This document shows positions 37,679 to 47,366 of a stretch of 64,000 nt of DNA, piece after piece. The first letter of the stretch is position 1, and each line of letters opens with the position of its first letter. A program made the translations under genes and the position numbers. The stretch comes from Candidatus Poribacteria bacterium (GTDB lineage Bacteria > Poribacteria > WGA-4E > WGA-3G), in NCBI GenBank assembly GCA_022825665.1, contig JAJDWI010000010.1, positions 2,912-66,911 of the forward strand, in the 5' to 3' direction. The notes under the pieces are model-generated. The model was not told the DNA's origin, ran no database searches, and was given only the letters and a program-made list of their open reading frames with translations.

Positions 37679-37811
37679 TTACAACGTATAATATCAGATT
37701 TTAATCGTTTTTGTCAATTATTTTTTACCTCTGGATTTCACTTGCCTTAAGTGCCAGAATTAACTATACTTTAATAAAATATAAATTTCATAAATGGTAA
37801 AAAGGAGAGAG

Positions 37812-38561
37812 ATGTACGAGATTGACAAATTAAAAATCAAAGACCTCCCCAAAGATGAACGACCCAGGGAACGACTATACAAACACGGACCTTCACATTT
37901 AAAAACATCAGAACTGATAGCACTTATTCTTAAAAGTGGTTTCAAAGGAACTACAGCACTCCAACTCGGTGAACAGATACTGACTGAATATAATAACGAC
38001 TTAAAACGGATGGCAGAAAACCGTCCGAAACAATTTGAATCGATCAAAGGTGTTGGTGCTGCGAAGGCTGCACAACTCGTAGCTGCTTTTGAATTAGGAC
38101 GTCGTTTAGCTCGTTCACATGCTGATCGTGTTAAGATATCTTCTCCAAGCGATGTTGCTGATTTATTGATGCCACTCATGCGCGATCTACGAAAGGAGGT
38201 CGTTTGCGTGATGTGCCTTGATACGAAAGGTGGTATCACAACGCGCGGCATCGCTGGTGACGCTGATAATGAGATTCAGTGGGGCAAAAAACTTCTCTCT
38301 GAAGATACAGTGTTCGAAGGAACACTAAACGCAAGCGTATTTCATCCCAGAGAGATTTTCCGATTTGCAATTGAGGAGTCCGCTAACTCGATTGTCTTGG
38401 CACATAATCATCCTTCTGGTGATCCAAAACCGAGTCAAGAAGATATACGAGCAACAAAGCAGTTAATTGAAGCGGGAAACTATGTTGGTATCAAAGTGTT
38501 AGATCACATAATAATAGGTGACGGTATTTTTTATAGTTTAAAGGAGGAGGGTATTATTTAG
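37812..38561 (+). CDS. radC: RadC-family JAB-domain protein
   Basis: It has IKDLPKDERPRERL, a helix-hairpin-helix region and the JAMM motif AHNHPSGDPKPSQED. I prefer the ATG at 37812, which is preceded by AGGAG, over the ORF-track start at 37794. Confidence 0.85.
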   Translation: MYEIDKLKIKDLPKDERPRERLYKHGPSHLKTSELIALILKSGFKGTTALQLGEQILTEYNNDLKRMAENRPKQFESIKGVGAAKAAQLVAAFELGRRLARSHADRVKISSPSDVADLLMPLMRDLRKEVVCVMCLDTKGGITTRGIAGDADNEIQWGKKLLSEDTVFEGTLNASVFHPREIFRFAIEESANSIVLAHNHPSGDPKPSQEDIRATKQLIEAGNYVGIKVLDHIIIGDGIFYSLKEEGII

Positions 38562-39291
38562 GAGCACGTTGTCGGAGAATTTCGTACAGTAGTACCCCTG
38601 CTGTAACAGATACATTTAGTGAGGAGATTTGTCCTAACATCGGTAGATGTACGAGATAATCACATTTTTGCTTAACCAGTCTACGAATTCCATCACCCTC
38701 GTTACCTAAAACGATGCAAGTTGGCACTGTAAAGTCTGCAGAAGTATATTGCATTTCGGCATCCTCAGCAGTACCTACAACCCATATTCCAACTGCTTTG
38801 AGTTTTTCGATGGTTTGGGCGAGATTCGTTACTTTGGTAATAGGTGTATATTCAGTACTTCCTGCCGCCGCTTTGTGAACAGCAGCGGTAATCTCTACTG
38901 AATTGTTTTTCGGTATTAGCACACCATCTGTATTCGTAGCGTTGGCAGTCCGTAAAATCGCACCTAAATTTCTTGGATCATGGATCTGATCTAACATGAT
39001 TAAGACTGCCGGAATATCCTTTTTCTTCTGAACATTTTTAAGTAAGGAGGATAAATCCGTATATTGGAATTCGCTGATGTAAGCAATGATACCTTGGTGA
39101 TTCGGATGCATTCTATCAAGTTGATGTCTTGGACAACGTTGATAGGGAATTCCTTTCCGTTTTGCGGTATTAATTATTTCATGTAGCCGCTTATGTTCAT
39201 TACCTTGAACAATCCATATTTTTTCTATCTGTCGCGCACCGCTACGGAGTGCTTCAATGACCGGATTCCTACCGACTATTTTTTCCGACAT
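38554..39291 (-). CDS. rlmB: SpoU/TrmH-family rRNA 2'-O-methyltransferase (RlmB-like)
   Basis: It has an N-terminal substrate-binding domain (GRNPVIEAL) and SpoU motifs (DPRNLGAILRTA, VLGNEGDGI, SLNVSVTAGVLLYE). Confidence 0.8.
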   Translation of the reverse strand: MSEKIVGRNPVIEALRSGARQIEKIWIVQGNEHKRLHEIINTAKRKGIPYQRCPRHQLDRMHPNHQGIIAYISEFQYTDLSSLLKNVQKKKDIPAVLIMLDQIHDPRNLGAILRTANATNTDGVLIPKNNSVEITAAVHKAAAGSTEYTPITKVTNLAQTIEKLKAVGIWVVGTAEDAEMQYTSADFTVPTCIVLGNEGDGIRRLVKQKCDYLVHLPMLGQISSLNVSVTAGVLLYEILRQRAPK

Positions 39292-39337
39292 AAGGCTTCC
39301 TCATCAAATGAGCATACAATAGCGGCTTGTGTTTATG

Positions 39338-39577
39338 TTAATCTCCGCGAACAAATTTGACATCAGGTCCGCGCGGTGTAATCTTAATATCAGGATCGTC
39401 CACTTGACATTGAACACAAGTGATAGCACCTACATTTACGTTTTCCATGTGAGGTGCGAGTTTTCCTAATTTGAAGGCAAAATTCATCATCTCATCAGCG
39501 GGAATTGTGCCTTCACAGTTGTCACAAGGAATATCTTCACCTGCCTTAAGTTTGTTCAACAGCTCTGATGCTTTCAT
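39338..39577 (-). CDS. Small Cys-pair protein (possible zinc ribbon), function unknown
   Basis: It is 79 aa and contains CDNC...CVQC. Confidence 0.4.
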   Translation of the reverse strand: MKASELLNKLKAGEDIPCDNCEGTIPADEMMNFAFKLGKLAPHMENVNVGAITCVQCQVDDPDIKITPRGPDVKFVRGD

Positions 39578-39617
39578 ACCTTTTGATTCTCCTTTTATAG
39601 ATATGTTAGATTCAAAT

Positions 39618-39746
39618 TATAGTAAAATTCGTAATTACTTGGACACTTTGGTAGGTTCGGTTTCCTAACCGAACTTATGTAAATAGTGCGATTAGAAACC
39701 GCACCTACCAAGGGGTGTAGACATATTTTTGAATTTCGCTATAATA
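39618..39746. repeat. Intergenic repeat element, the 'empty' version of 25745-25988
   Basis: The sequence is tatagtaaaattcgtaattactt..ggtaggttcggtttcctaaccgaac...gtgcgattagaaaccgcacctacc...catatttttgaatttc. Confidence 0.8.
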
Positions 39747-39809
39747 GACATCACAGTAGGCGTACTATGTTGTGAATCTATTTGAGTTGTTTCATAATTT
39801 GTAATGGTA

Positions 39810-41678
39810 TTAACTAAGGAAATATCGCTCTTTCTGTTTTGCTTCCTCATAGTCTTGATATGCTTGTTTTGCAGTATCTACTTCTGACACTTCTGCGACA
39901 GGTACATCCCACCACGACTCGTACTGGGGAACCCTTGTGTCAAAATGGACATCAATCTTGACGACAGTTGTTCGGTCTGCATCTCTTGCATCTTGCAGTG
40001 CAGCCTTTAACATCTGTAGCGTTGATACTTCAATAACATTTGCACCGAGACTTTTCGCATTTGCTGCAAGGTCAACGGGTAGAATGTCACCTTCAAGTTC
40101 TCCAGAGTTATCATCACGGTAACGGAATCGGGTTGCAAAACCTTGTGCTCCAGTTGCATCTGATAATCCACCGATACTGCTGTGTCCATCGTTATTTATC
40201 AGTACAATAATCAATTTGTAGTTTTCCTGAATTGATGTGATGATTTCTTGTGCTAACATTAGATATGAACCGTCTCCGACAAGGACGTAGACATCGCGCG
40301 TGGGGTCCGCCATTTTTATTCCCAATCCTCCAGCAATTTCATAACCCATGCAGGAATAACCGTATTCCAGATGAAATTGTTTAGGATTACGAGTCCGCCA
40401 CAGTTTATGTAGGTCCCCAGGAAGGCTACCAGCTGCACAGACAACAACATCTTCTGGACGCGAAAACTCGTTAACAATTCCGATTACTTCACTCTGACTT
40501 GGTAATGGTTGGTTATCAAGATGGAAAAGCCGTTCGACTTCTTCCTCCCAAGCATCTCGGTAATTTTCGATCTGTGTTGCGTAATCGTTATTGATATGAT
40601 ATGTGCCAATAGCCTGAGATAACTCAGACAGCGTGACACGAGCATCGGCAACTAACGGTAAGGCTGCGTGTTTTGCTGCGTCAAATTCAGCAATATTAAT
40701 ATTGATAAACCGTACATTCGGATTTTGAAAGGCTGTTTTAGAAGCGGTTGTGAAATCACTCAGTCGTGTTCCGATGGATATGATTAAGTCGGCTTCGCGT
40801 GCAGCTATATTTGCACCGGGAGTTCCGGTTGCACCAATTGCACCGAGATTTTGTGGATGGTCATATCTTAATGAACCTTTACCAGCAAATGTCTCACCTA
40901 CGGGGATTCCAGTCTGCTCTGCAAATCTTGCTAACTGTTCAGTTGCTTCGCTATATATTACACCACCACCCGCGATGATCAATGGACGTTCACTGGATGA
41001 AATCCATTCTATTGCACGTTGGCGTAGGTTCTCATCAGCACGCGGTCTTGGAATGGAATAGACTCGTTTTTCAAATAGTTGTTCAGGGTATAGGTATGCT
41101 TCTGCTTGAACGTCTTGCGGTAATGCTAAGGTAACGGTTCCTGTTTCCGCTTGTGATGTGAGTACACGCATTGCTTCTGGAAGTGCGGTAATTATCTGCT
41201 CAGGACGGTTGATGCGGTCCCAGTAGCGAGAAACTGGTTTGAAGCAATCGTTGACTGAAAAATCTTGCGAATTGGGGGATTCTAACTGCTGCAATACAGG
41301 CGCGACTAAACGCGTCGAGAAAATATCTCCCGGCAATAGCAGTACAGGGAGTCGGTTGATGGTCGCTCCCGCAGCACCTGTGAGCATGTTAGTTGCTCCA
41401 GGTCCAATAGAGGAGGTACAAGCAAAAGTGCTTAGCCGATTTGACATCTTGGCATAGGCGGCTGCAGTATGTACCATTGATTGTTCATTGCGTGTCTGAT
41501 AAAATCGGAATACATCTGAATATTGGTGCAATGCTTGACCAATCCCCGCGACATTTCCATGTCCAAATATGCCAAACATACCTGCAAAGAAAGCCGTTTC
41601 AATTCCATCACGTTCAACGTATTGATGTCTGAGAAATTGTATTATAGCCTGCCCCATTGTTAGTTTACGTGTTTTCAT
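39810..41678 (-). CDS. iolD: 3D-(3,5/4)-trihydroxycyclohexane-1,2-dione acylhydrolase (TPP enzyme IolD)
   Basis: It resembles B. subtilis IolD from end to end as recalled (LTMGQAIIQFL, FGHGNVAGIGQAL, KPVSRYWDRINRPEQ, HLEYGYSCMGYE, SWWDVPVAEVS). Confidence 0.9.
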   Translation of the reverse strand: MKTRKLTMGQAIIQFLRHQYVERDGIETAFFAGMFGIFGHGNVAGIGQALHQYSDVFRFYQTRNEQSMVHTAAAYAKMSNRLSTFACTSSIGPGATNMLTGAAGATINRLPVLLLPGDIFSTRLVAPVLQQLESPNSQDFSVNDCFKPVSRYWDRINRPEQIITALPEAMRVLTSQAETGTVTLALPQDVQAEAYLYPEQLFEKRVYSIPRPRADENLRQRAIEWISSSERPLIIAGGGVIYSEATEQLARFAEQTGIPVGETFAGKGSLRYDHPQNLGAIGATGTPGANIAAREADLIISIGTRLSDFTTASKTAFQNPNVRFININIAEFDAAKHAALPLVADARVTLSELSQAIGTYHINNDYATQIENYRDAWEEEVERLFHLDNQPLPSQSEVIGIVNEFSRPEDVVVCAAGSLPGDLHKLWRTRNPKQFHLEYGYSCMGYEIAGGLGIKMADPTRDVYVLVGDGSYLMLAQEIITSIQENYKLIIVLINNDGHSSIGGLSDATGAQGFATRFRYRDDNSGELEGDILPVDLAANAKSLGANVIEVSTLQMLKAALQDARDADRTTVVKIDVHFDTRVPQYESWWDVPVAEVSEVDTAKQAYQDYEEAKQKERYFLS

Positions 41679-41709
41679 TTTCTAATCCTTTATCATGTGT
41701 CAAGATATA

Positions 41710-42720
41710 TTATAACCCACCTTTCTGTTCAACAAAGGTGTTGACTTCTGCCATGGTAGGCATGAAGTTTGCACATCCGTGTCGTGTGACAACAATTGCT
41801 CCGGTTGCATTACCAAGACGAGCTGCTTTCTGCCAACCCCATCGGTTTAAGATGCCGTAGATAAATCCACTTGCGAACGCATCCCCTGCACCGAGAGTAT
41901 TATATATTTCGACTGGAAAAGGTTCTGCGTGTAGGATTTTACCATCTTTTAGATAGATATCTGCCCCGTCACTACCACGTTTCACGACAAGCGCATTAGC
42001 ACCTGCATTCAGTATTGTTGCGACAGCAATGTCCATATCTCCTTCAATTGTTGGATTTGAGATTTGAGAATGTTCTATTGACATCTGTGAAACATCGGTA
42101 AGAGACGCAGCCTTAATCTCCTCCTCTGTTCCAATTGCAATATCAACATTGCATAAGATAGCTCGAACACAGACACCGAAAGCGCGTGGGTCATGCCACT
42201 GGTCTGCGCGAAAATCCAAATCCAGAAATACTTGACATCCCATCGCTTTTGCCTGTTCTGCTGCATACATCGTAGCACTTCGACTGGGTTCCTTACTGAG
42301 ACCTGTTCCAGATATCAACACGGCGCGGCTTTCTGCAATTGGTGAAGCAATCACATCGTCAATTGTGAGTTCAATATCCGCACAGTTATCACGGTAATAA
42401 ATAAGTGGAAATCGATCAGGTGGTTCAATTCCGAGAACAACAGCACTTGTGCGATGCCCAGGTTTATTGACAATGAATTGTGTTTCAACACCTTCATCAT
42501 TTAAGAATTTAAGCAAGAATTCCCCGACAGGATCATCACCAACTGCGGTGAGAAGGACTGATCTAAGTCCAAGACGCCGTGTTCCAACACTTATGTTTGT
42601 AGGACATCCTCCGACGAATGCTCCAAAACTCGTAATTTCAGGAAAAGGTCTCCCAACATCGTTGGAATACAGATCTATGGAACTCCTACCTATCGCAAGA
42701 ATATCATATCTATCTACCAT
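41710..42720 (-). CDS. iolC: 5-dehydro-2-deoxygluconokinase (PfkB family, IolC-like)
   Basis: It has YDILAIGRSSIDLY, VGGCPTNI, LIYYRDNCAD and GAGDAFASGFIYG. Confidence 0.8.
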   Translation of the reverse strand: MVDRYDILAIGRSSIDLYSNDVGRPFPEITSFGAFVGGCPTNISVGTRRLGLRSVLLTAVGDDPVGEFLLKFLNDEGVETQFIVNKPGHRTSAVVLGIEPPDRFPLIYYRDNCADIELTIDDVIASPIAESRAVLISGTGLSKEPSRSATMYAAEQAKAMGCQVFLDLDFRADQWHDPRAFGVCVRAILCNVDIAIGTEEEIKAASLTDVSQMSIEHSQISNPTIEGDMDIAVATILNAGANALVVKRGSDGADIYLKDGKILHAEPFPVEIYNTLGAGDAFASGFIYGILNRWGWQKAARLGNATGAIVVTRHGCANFMPTMAEVNTFVEQKGGL

Positions 42721-42877
42721 ATCCTGACCAATAGAGCGAACTGGTTGTTACTCGAACACCATAGACACTGTTATTCAGTTTTAACAGGCGGTAGAGATTT
42801 CTGTCCCACCTACAGTTTACGTACTCCAGGTCTTGTGTGATCTGGAACACCCATACCGGGTGTTTTTACAAAAGGAC

Positions 42878-44872
42878 TCAACCAGTATTTTCTTTCCATA
42901 TTTCTTCGACTAATTTTTGTGCCTCAATGACGGATCTTGGAGGGTTTTGTAGATTCTCTCCGATTGATAGGATACGCATACAATAATCGTATGCAGTTTG
43001 TAGATCTCCATTGAGATGTGCGCTTTCGGCTGCGTTGAAATAGCAAACGGTAGCGGAGGATTCGCACTTTTCTTCTTCCAGTTCAAGTTGTGCAAAACGG
43101 TAGTTATCTGCAGCGAGGATATATGATTTACCCGCTTCTGTCCATGCACGTTGCATCTCTAATTGTCGTGCCAAATGGACGTAATATACAGCACCGTTTT
43201 TTGCATTTTTCCTTGCTATTCGGTGCTTTTTTGAGGCAGTATAGGCAAACCGTGCCCGCGTATAACAATTTGCAACGAGTTCTACCTCGTCCATTTTTAT
43301 GAAACGTCTTGCGTGTCTGTGGTAAAAAGCCCCCAGTCTCCTATATTGGTTGAGACATTGACGTGTGTTTTCTTGTTGGGTGTAAATTTGTGCTTGTTGG
43401 TAAATATAAGCTGCTTCTTCTTCGTGATGGTATTGAATATCTTGATGAACTTTATCCAACAGAAATTCAGGAGATGCTTCCTCTATAAGGACACGATAAT
43501 CACCTGCAGATTGCCCTCGATGTTTAGATAAATAGGGTTTAACATATTCTTCTTGCTCAACAAATTCATCGTCAAACTGTTCTTCTGGTATAGGTTGTTT
43601 TTCTGGCTTAAGTATTTCTTCAACTAAACTGAACCTGTCAAGGAGATTCATTTTATCTGATTCAGACAATTTCTGAATCAACTCAGCGATTTCATTGACG
43701 GTCAGTGTATTTGAGTCTGGAACGATAGTGGTTAGTTCCTTAAAGAGTATATCTGCTTGTGCAACAAATTCAGCATCTTGTAAAAAGAGGTTATGTGCTT
43801 TATGAAGTTCATGAAGTGTTGCATCTATATCTTGTTTTTGAGCGTATTCTATTGCATCTGCGTAGTGTTGTTTAATACGTATCTGTACTCTTTCGCGATT
43901 CTCTTTTTCGACCTTACTTCGCATTTCAAAGAATAGGTTTTGATTGATTTGCTCTGCAATATCAATATGTAATCTGAATGTTTTTCGACAACGTTCAAGT
44001 GCACCTGCCAATTCGGTTTCAGGTGAATCAGCACTTTCCGCAATCAGCACAGAGGCTTGTTGTTCATATTGCCAGCGTCGTATCCTGTCAAGTTCGTCGT
44101 ACATTTCCTCCGCGGTTTGGAACCGTTTATCGACCTCTCTATGAAGTGCTTTTATGGCAAAGTTTCTAAATTCCTCTGGACATTTTTCAAGGTTTTCTAT
44201 TTCTCCAGAGGCTTTTTTTCTATCTATTTCATCGGCTTCACCGGAAAAAGGAAACTGTTTTGTCATCGCTTCATATAGTACTAAGCCTGTTGCATACAGG
44301 TCTGCCCGATAATCATAAGCACCATAATTTTGTTCTGGTGCCATATAGCGTCGTGTTCCAGTCATTGTGACAGCAAATTCAGTAGATTCTCCGAAGATAC
44401 GAGCGATGCTAAAGTCGGCTATTTTTGCTTCTTTCTTTGAAGTAAGTAATATATTTTGTGGTTTTATATCTCGGTGCAGGATATTATGGGCATGTGCTGC
44501 TTTTAAACCGTTGCAAATATCAATTCCTATATTTAGGACATCTGTTAAAGTCAAGTCCCCTTTTTGAACAAGTTTTTGAAGGTTATCTCCCTCAATATAT
44601 TCCATCACTATCCAAGCGAGATATTTATCTTTACCCGGTTCAACAGTGTGGATTGAAACAATGTTTGGATGTCCCCAGATATTTGACATTGCTTGAAGTT
44701 CAGTTAACAGATAGCGCATTCTGTCTGCAGGGTAAGCATCTCTGGAAATTGCCTTGAGAGCAACGGTACGATTCGTCATTTCTTCGCGTGCACGAAAAAC
44801 AGACGAAAAACTACCCGAATTGAGAAATTCAAGCAGTCTATATTTACCTAATATCAATTCGTTAATCTTCAT
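42878..44872 (-). CDS. Ser/Thr protein kinase with a C-terminal helical-repeat (TPR-like) region
   Basis: Hanks kinase motifs are present: the VALK lysine, HRDIKPQNILL, DFS and APE. About 380 helical residues follow. Confidence 0.85.
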   Translation of the reverse strand: MKINELILGKYRLLEFLNSGSFSSVFRAREEMTNRTVALKAISRDAYPADRMRYLLTELQAMSNIWGHPNIVSIHTVEPGKDKYLAWIVMEYIEGDNLQKLVQKGDLTLTDVLNIGIDICNGLKAAHAHNILHRDIKPQNILLTSKKEAKIADFSIARIFGESTEFAVTMTGTRRYMAPEQNYGAYDYRADLYATGLVLYEAMTKQFPFSGEADEIDRKKASGEIENLEKCPEEFRNFAIKALHREVDKRFQTAEEMYDELDRIRRWQYEQQASVLIAESADSPETELAGALERCRKTFRLHIDIAEQINQNLFFEMRSKVEKENRERVQIRIKQHYADAIEYAQKQDIDATLHELHKAHNLFLQDAEFVAQADILFKELTTIVPDSNTLTVNEIAELIQKLSESDKMNLLDRFSLVEEILKPEKQPIPEEQFDDEFVEQEEYVKPYLSKHRGQSAGDYRVLIEEASPEFLLDKVHQDIQYHHEEEAAYIYQQAQIYTQQENTRQCLNQYRRLGAFYHRHARRFIKMDEVELVANCYTRARFAYTASKKHRIARKNAKNGAVYYVHLARQLEMQRAWTEAGKSYILAADNYRFAQLELEEEKCESSATVCYFNAAESAHLNGDLQTAYDYCMRILSIGENLQNPPRSVIEAQKLVEEIWKENTG

Positions 44873-45124
44873 GTCAGTATTGCGCTAAAAGTATTTAAAA
44901 TTATTAGTTGGTGAGGAAGGCGTTTGTGTATATTAATGAAATTATCAAATAATCTATTAACTGTCAATACAAAAATGATTGTCTAATCCAATTAATGTAA
45001 GTCACGGTTAATTATACTGCATCCATGGGATTATTATAAAAGGAACACATTCAAAATGTTTACCGAATATTACAAAATATGTAATTGATTATGTGACGTT
45101 GATCGCGCCATTTATGTTTATCTG

Positions 45125-45778
45125 TTACTTGACAGATTTTACGGCAGCAACCAATTTTTCTGCTCTTTCAGTTAGCACAGTAAAGTTTCCCGAATCAATA
45201 ATATCACTACTAACGAGTGCGCTTCCGACTCCAAGTGCGGATGCACCCGCCTTAAGGAATTCTGCTGCATTGTTAACATTGATACCACCGGTTGGAATTA
45301 GCGGTATCTGTGGCAGCGGAGCTTTTATATCTTTGATGTAGGATGGACCGACACCGCTTGAAGGAAACACTTTAACATAGTCAGCCCCTGTTTCCCAAGC
45401 ATATAAAATCTCTGTAGGGGTAAATGCCCCAGGAATAACCGCTTTACCATAACGATTGCAGATTTCAATGATGTCTGGCTTTGTAACGGGACTAACGACA
45501 AATTCTGCGCCAGCCAGCATTGCTGCCCGTGCTGTTTCAGCATCCAGAACCGACCCAACCCCAATTAAAACTGCATTCCCTAAGCGTGCAGATACCTCTC
45601 CAATAACTTGTAACGCATCAGGTGTCGTCATCGTTATCTCAATAACGTCAACACCCCCCGTTTGAATAGCTACTGCTGCTTCAATCAGTTCATTTGAACT
45701 ATTTGCGCGAATTATTGCGACTATGCCACATTCCTCAATACGTTGCATCTGTTCTAATTTTGTCATAGGCTGCCTCAT
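45125..45778 (-). CDS. eda: KDPG/KHG aldolase (Eda family)
   Basis: It has GIVAIIR, IEITMTTP, GVGSVLD, FVVSP, the VKVFP lysine and IPTGGI. Confidence 0.85.
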   Translation of the reverse strand: MRQPMTKLEQMQRIEECGIVAIIRANSSNELIEAAVAIQTGGVDVIEITMTTPDALQVIGEVSARLGNAVLIGVGSVLDAETARAAMLAGAEFVVSPVTKPDIIEICNRYGKAVIPGAFTPTEILYAWETGADYVKVFPSSGVGPSYIKDIKAPLPQIPLIPTGGINVNNAAEFLKAGASALGVGSALVSSDIIDSGNFTVLTERAEKLVAAVKSVK

Positions 45779-45871
45779 TTTTGTATAGTTTGACGTAATA
45801 TTAGTATCTTCATTTAGCGGTTTAAATGCAACTATAATTTTGTAGGAGATTTCAGTGTTGATATATTATTG

Positions 45872-45900
45872 TTGCGTTTAACTTGTTAACATGTTATAAT
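45872..45900 (+). promoter_or_regulatory. Sigma70-like promoter (TTGCGT-17-TATAAT)
   Basis: This is a hexamer match about 110 nt upstream of the 46009 CDS. Confidence 0.4.
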
Positions 45901-46008
45901 ATTAACACTAAATTGTTCATTTGTCATTGAACGTGCATTTTTATAACACCAGAAACTGAGGTTTAGCACCCTGGACGAATATCTTATCAACCATCGTCAC
46001 TCAAAAAA

Positions 46009-47352
46009 ATGGAAGTCCCACTACTATATTATCTGATTGGTTTGGTAGGTTTACTCCTCCTCTCCGGTTTTTTCTCTGGTTCTGAGACGGCACTGTGTGC
46101 TCTAACACAGGTACAGATTGAAAAAATACGTCTCAAACGGGGAAGTACATCGGCAATTGTCAGTTTTGTTGACAATCCGCGCCGGTTGTTTATTACTGTC
46201 CTACTTGGTAATAATCTGGTTAATGTCACCTTTGCGATATTAATGTTACAACTTGTGTCGCAAGAGTTTAGTCAATTCGCTGAAACAATTCGGTTTGTAA
46301 TTGCGACAGCACTGAGTGTAATTCTCATGCTTATTTTTGGTGAGATGACCCCGAAAACTTACGCGATTAAGCATGCAGAGTCCTTTTCCAAAATAACCGC
46401 CCCACCTTTATGGGTATTTTCCATCTTTATTTCTCCCTTACGCGCATTATTGCGTAAAATCATTGATTTCCTTGTTCCAATATTTGGTGGACAGTCAACG
46501 TCGAAGGAAGAACTCACTACAACAGATTTACACGAATTCTTTAAGACCTTCCCTGAAGAAGCCCTTCCATCCGATGAACGTGAAATTGTCAGCAACATTT
46601 TTCAATTACGAGAGATTGAAGCAAAAGAAATTATGGTACCCAGAACCGATGTTGTTGCCGCAGCTACTTCAAACACAATCCAAGATACCTTAACCCAAGC
46701 AAAAGAGTATGGAATATCTCGGATACCTGTCTATCGTGAAAATATAGATAAAATCTGTGGAATCTTCTATGTCAAAGATTTTGTCAAATGGCGGCATGTT
46801 GGGGTCAATTCACTTACCATTGATGAATTTATTGCAAAGCGAGAGCAAATCCAAGGAATTGCAGAAAGTGCTCCGCTCATACGCGAACCTATTTTGGTCC
46901 TCGAGACTCGGAAAATCGGAGTGTTGTTGCTACAACTCAAGCGTGAAAAAACGAAAATTGCGATCCTCCTTGATGAATATGGTGGAACTTCGGGTATTGT
47001 CACGACTGAAGATATAATTGAACAGGTCGTCGGTGACATAGCGGATGAACATGACAAGGACGATTCTCCACCTGAATATATAAAACGATCAGAAGATCCG
47101 CTGGTAATTGAAACTACTGGTCGTCTGAGTATTCGAGAACTCAACCAGCAATTAGAACTAAAAATAGAGGAAGATGATGTAGATACTATCGGTGGCTATA
47201 CCATCGGTCTCTTCGGACACATTCCTTCTGTAGGTGAATCCCGCATTGACGAAAATGGCATTGAATTTGAAATTACATCCACTGAAGGCAACCAAATTAC
47301 GGGGTTGTTAATTAGAGTTCCTTCACCTGAAACGTCCGAAATGCAAGTCTAA
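46009..47352 (+). CDS. CNNM/CorC/TlyC-family transporter (DUF21 + 2 CBS + CorC_HlyC)
   Basis: It has an N-terminal 4-TM DUF21 (SGSETAL, GEMTPK), a CBS pair and a C-terminal transporter-associated domain. Confidence 0.85.
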   Translation: MEVPLLYYLIGLVGLLLLSGFFSGSETALCALTQVQIEKIRLKRGSTSAIVSFVDNPRRLFITVLLGNNLVNVTFAILMLQLVSQEFSQFAETIRFVIATALSVILMLIFGEMTPKTYAIKHAESFSKITAPPLWVFSIFISPLRALLRKIIDFLVPIFGGQSTSKEELTTTDLHEFFKTFPEEALPSDEREIVSNIFQLREIEAKEIMVPRTDVVAAATSNTIQDTLTQAKEYGISRIPVYRENIDKICGIFYVKDFVKWRHVGVNSLTIDEFIAKREQIQGIAESAPLIREPILVLETRKIGVLLLQLKREKTKIAILLDEYGGTSGIVTTEDIIEQVVGDIADEHDKDDSPPEYIKRSEDPLVIETTGRLSIRELNQQLELKIEEDDVDTIGGYTIGLFGHIPSVGESRIDENGIEFEITSTEGNQITGLLIRVPSPETSEMQV

Positions 47353-47366
47353 CTGGAAAAGTTAAA

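Noticed and set aside
37760-38251. A 163-aa minus-strand ORF overlaps radC.
   Set aside because: The plus-strand RadC reading has strong family motifs and an RBS. The antisense ORF is Ser/Arg/Cys-rich with no motifs.
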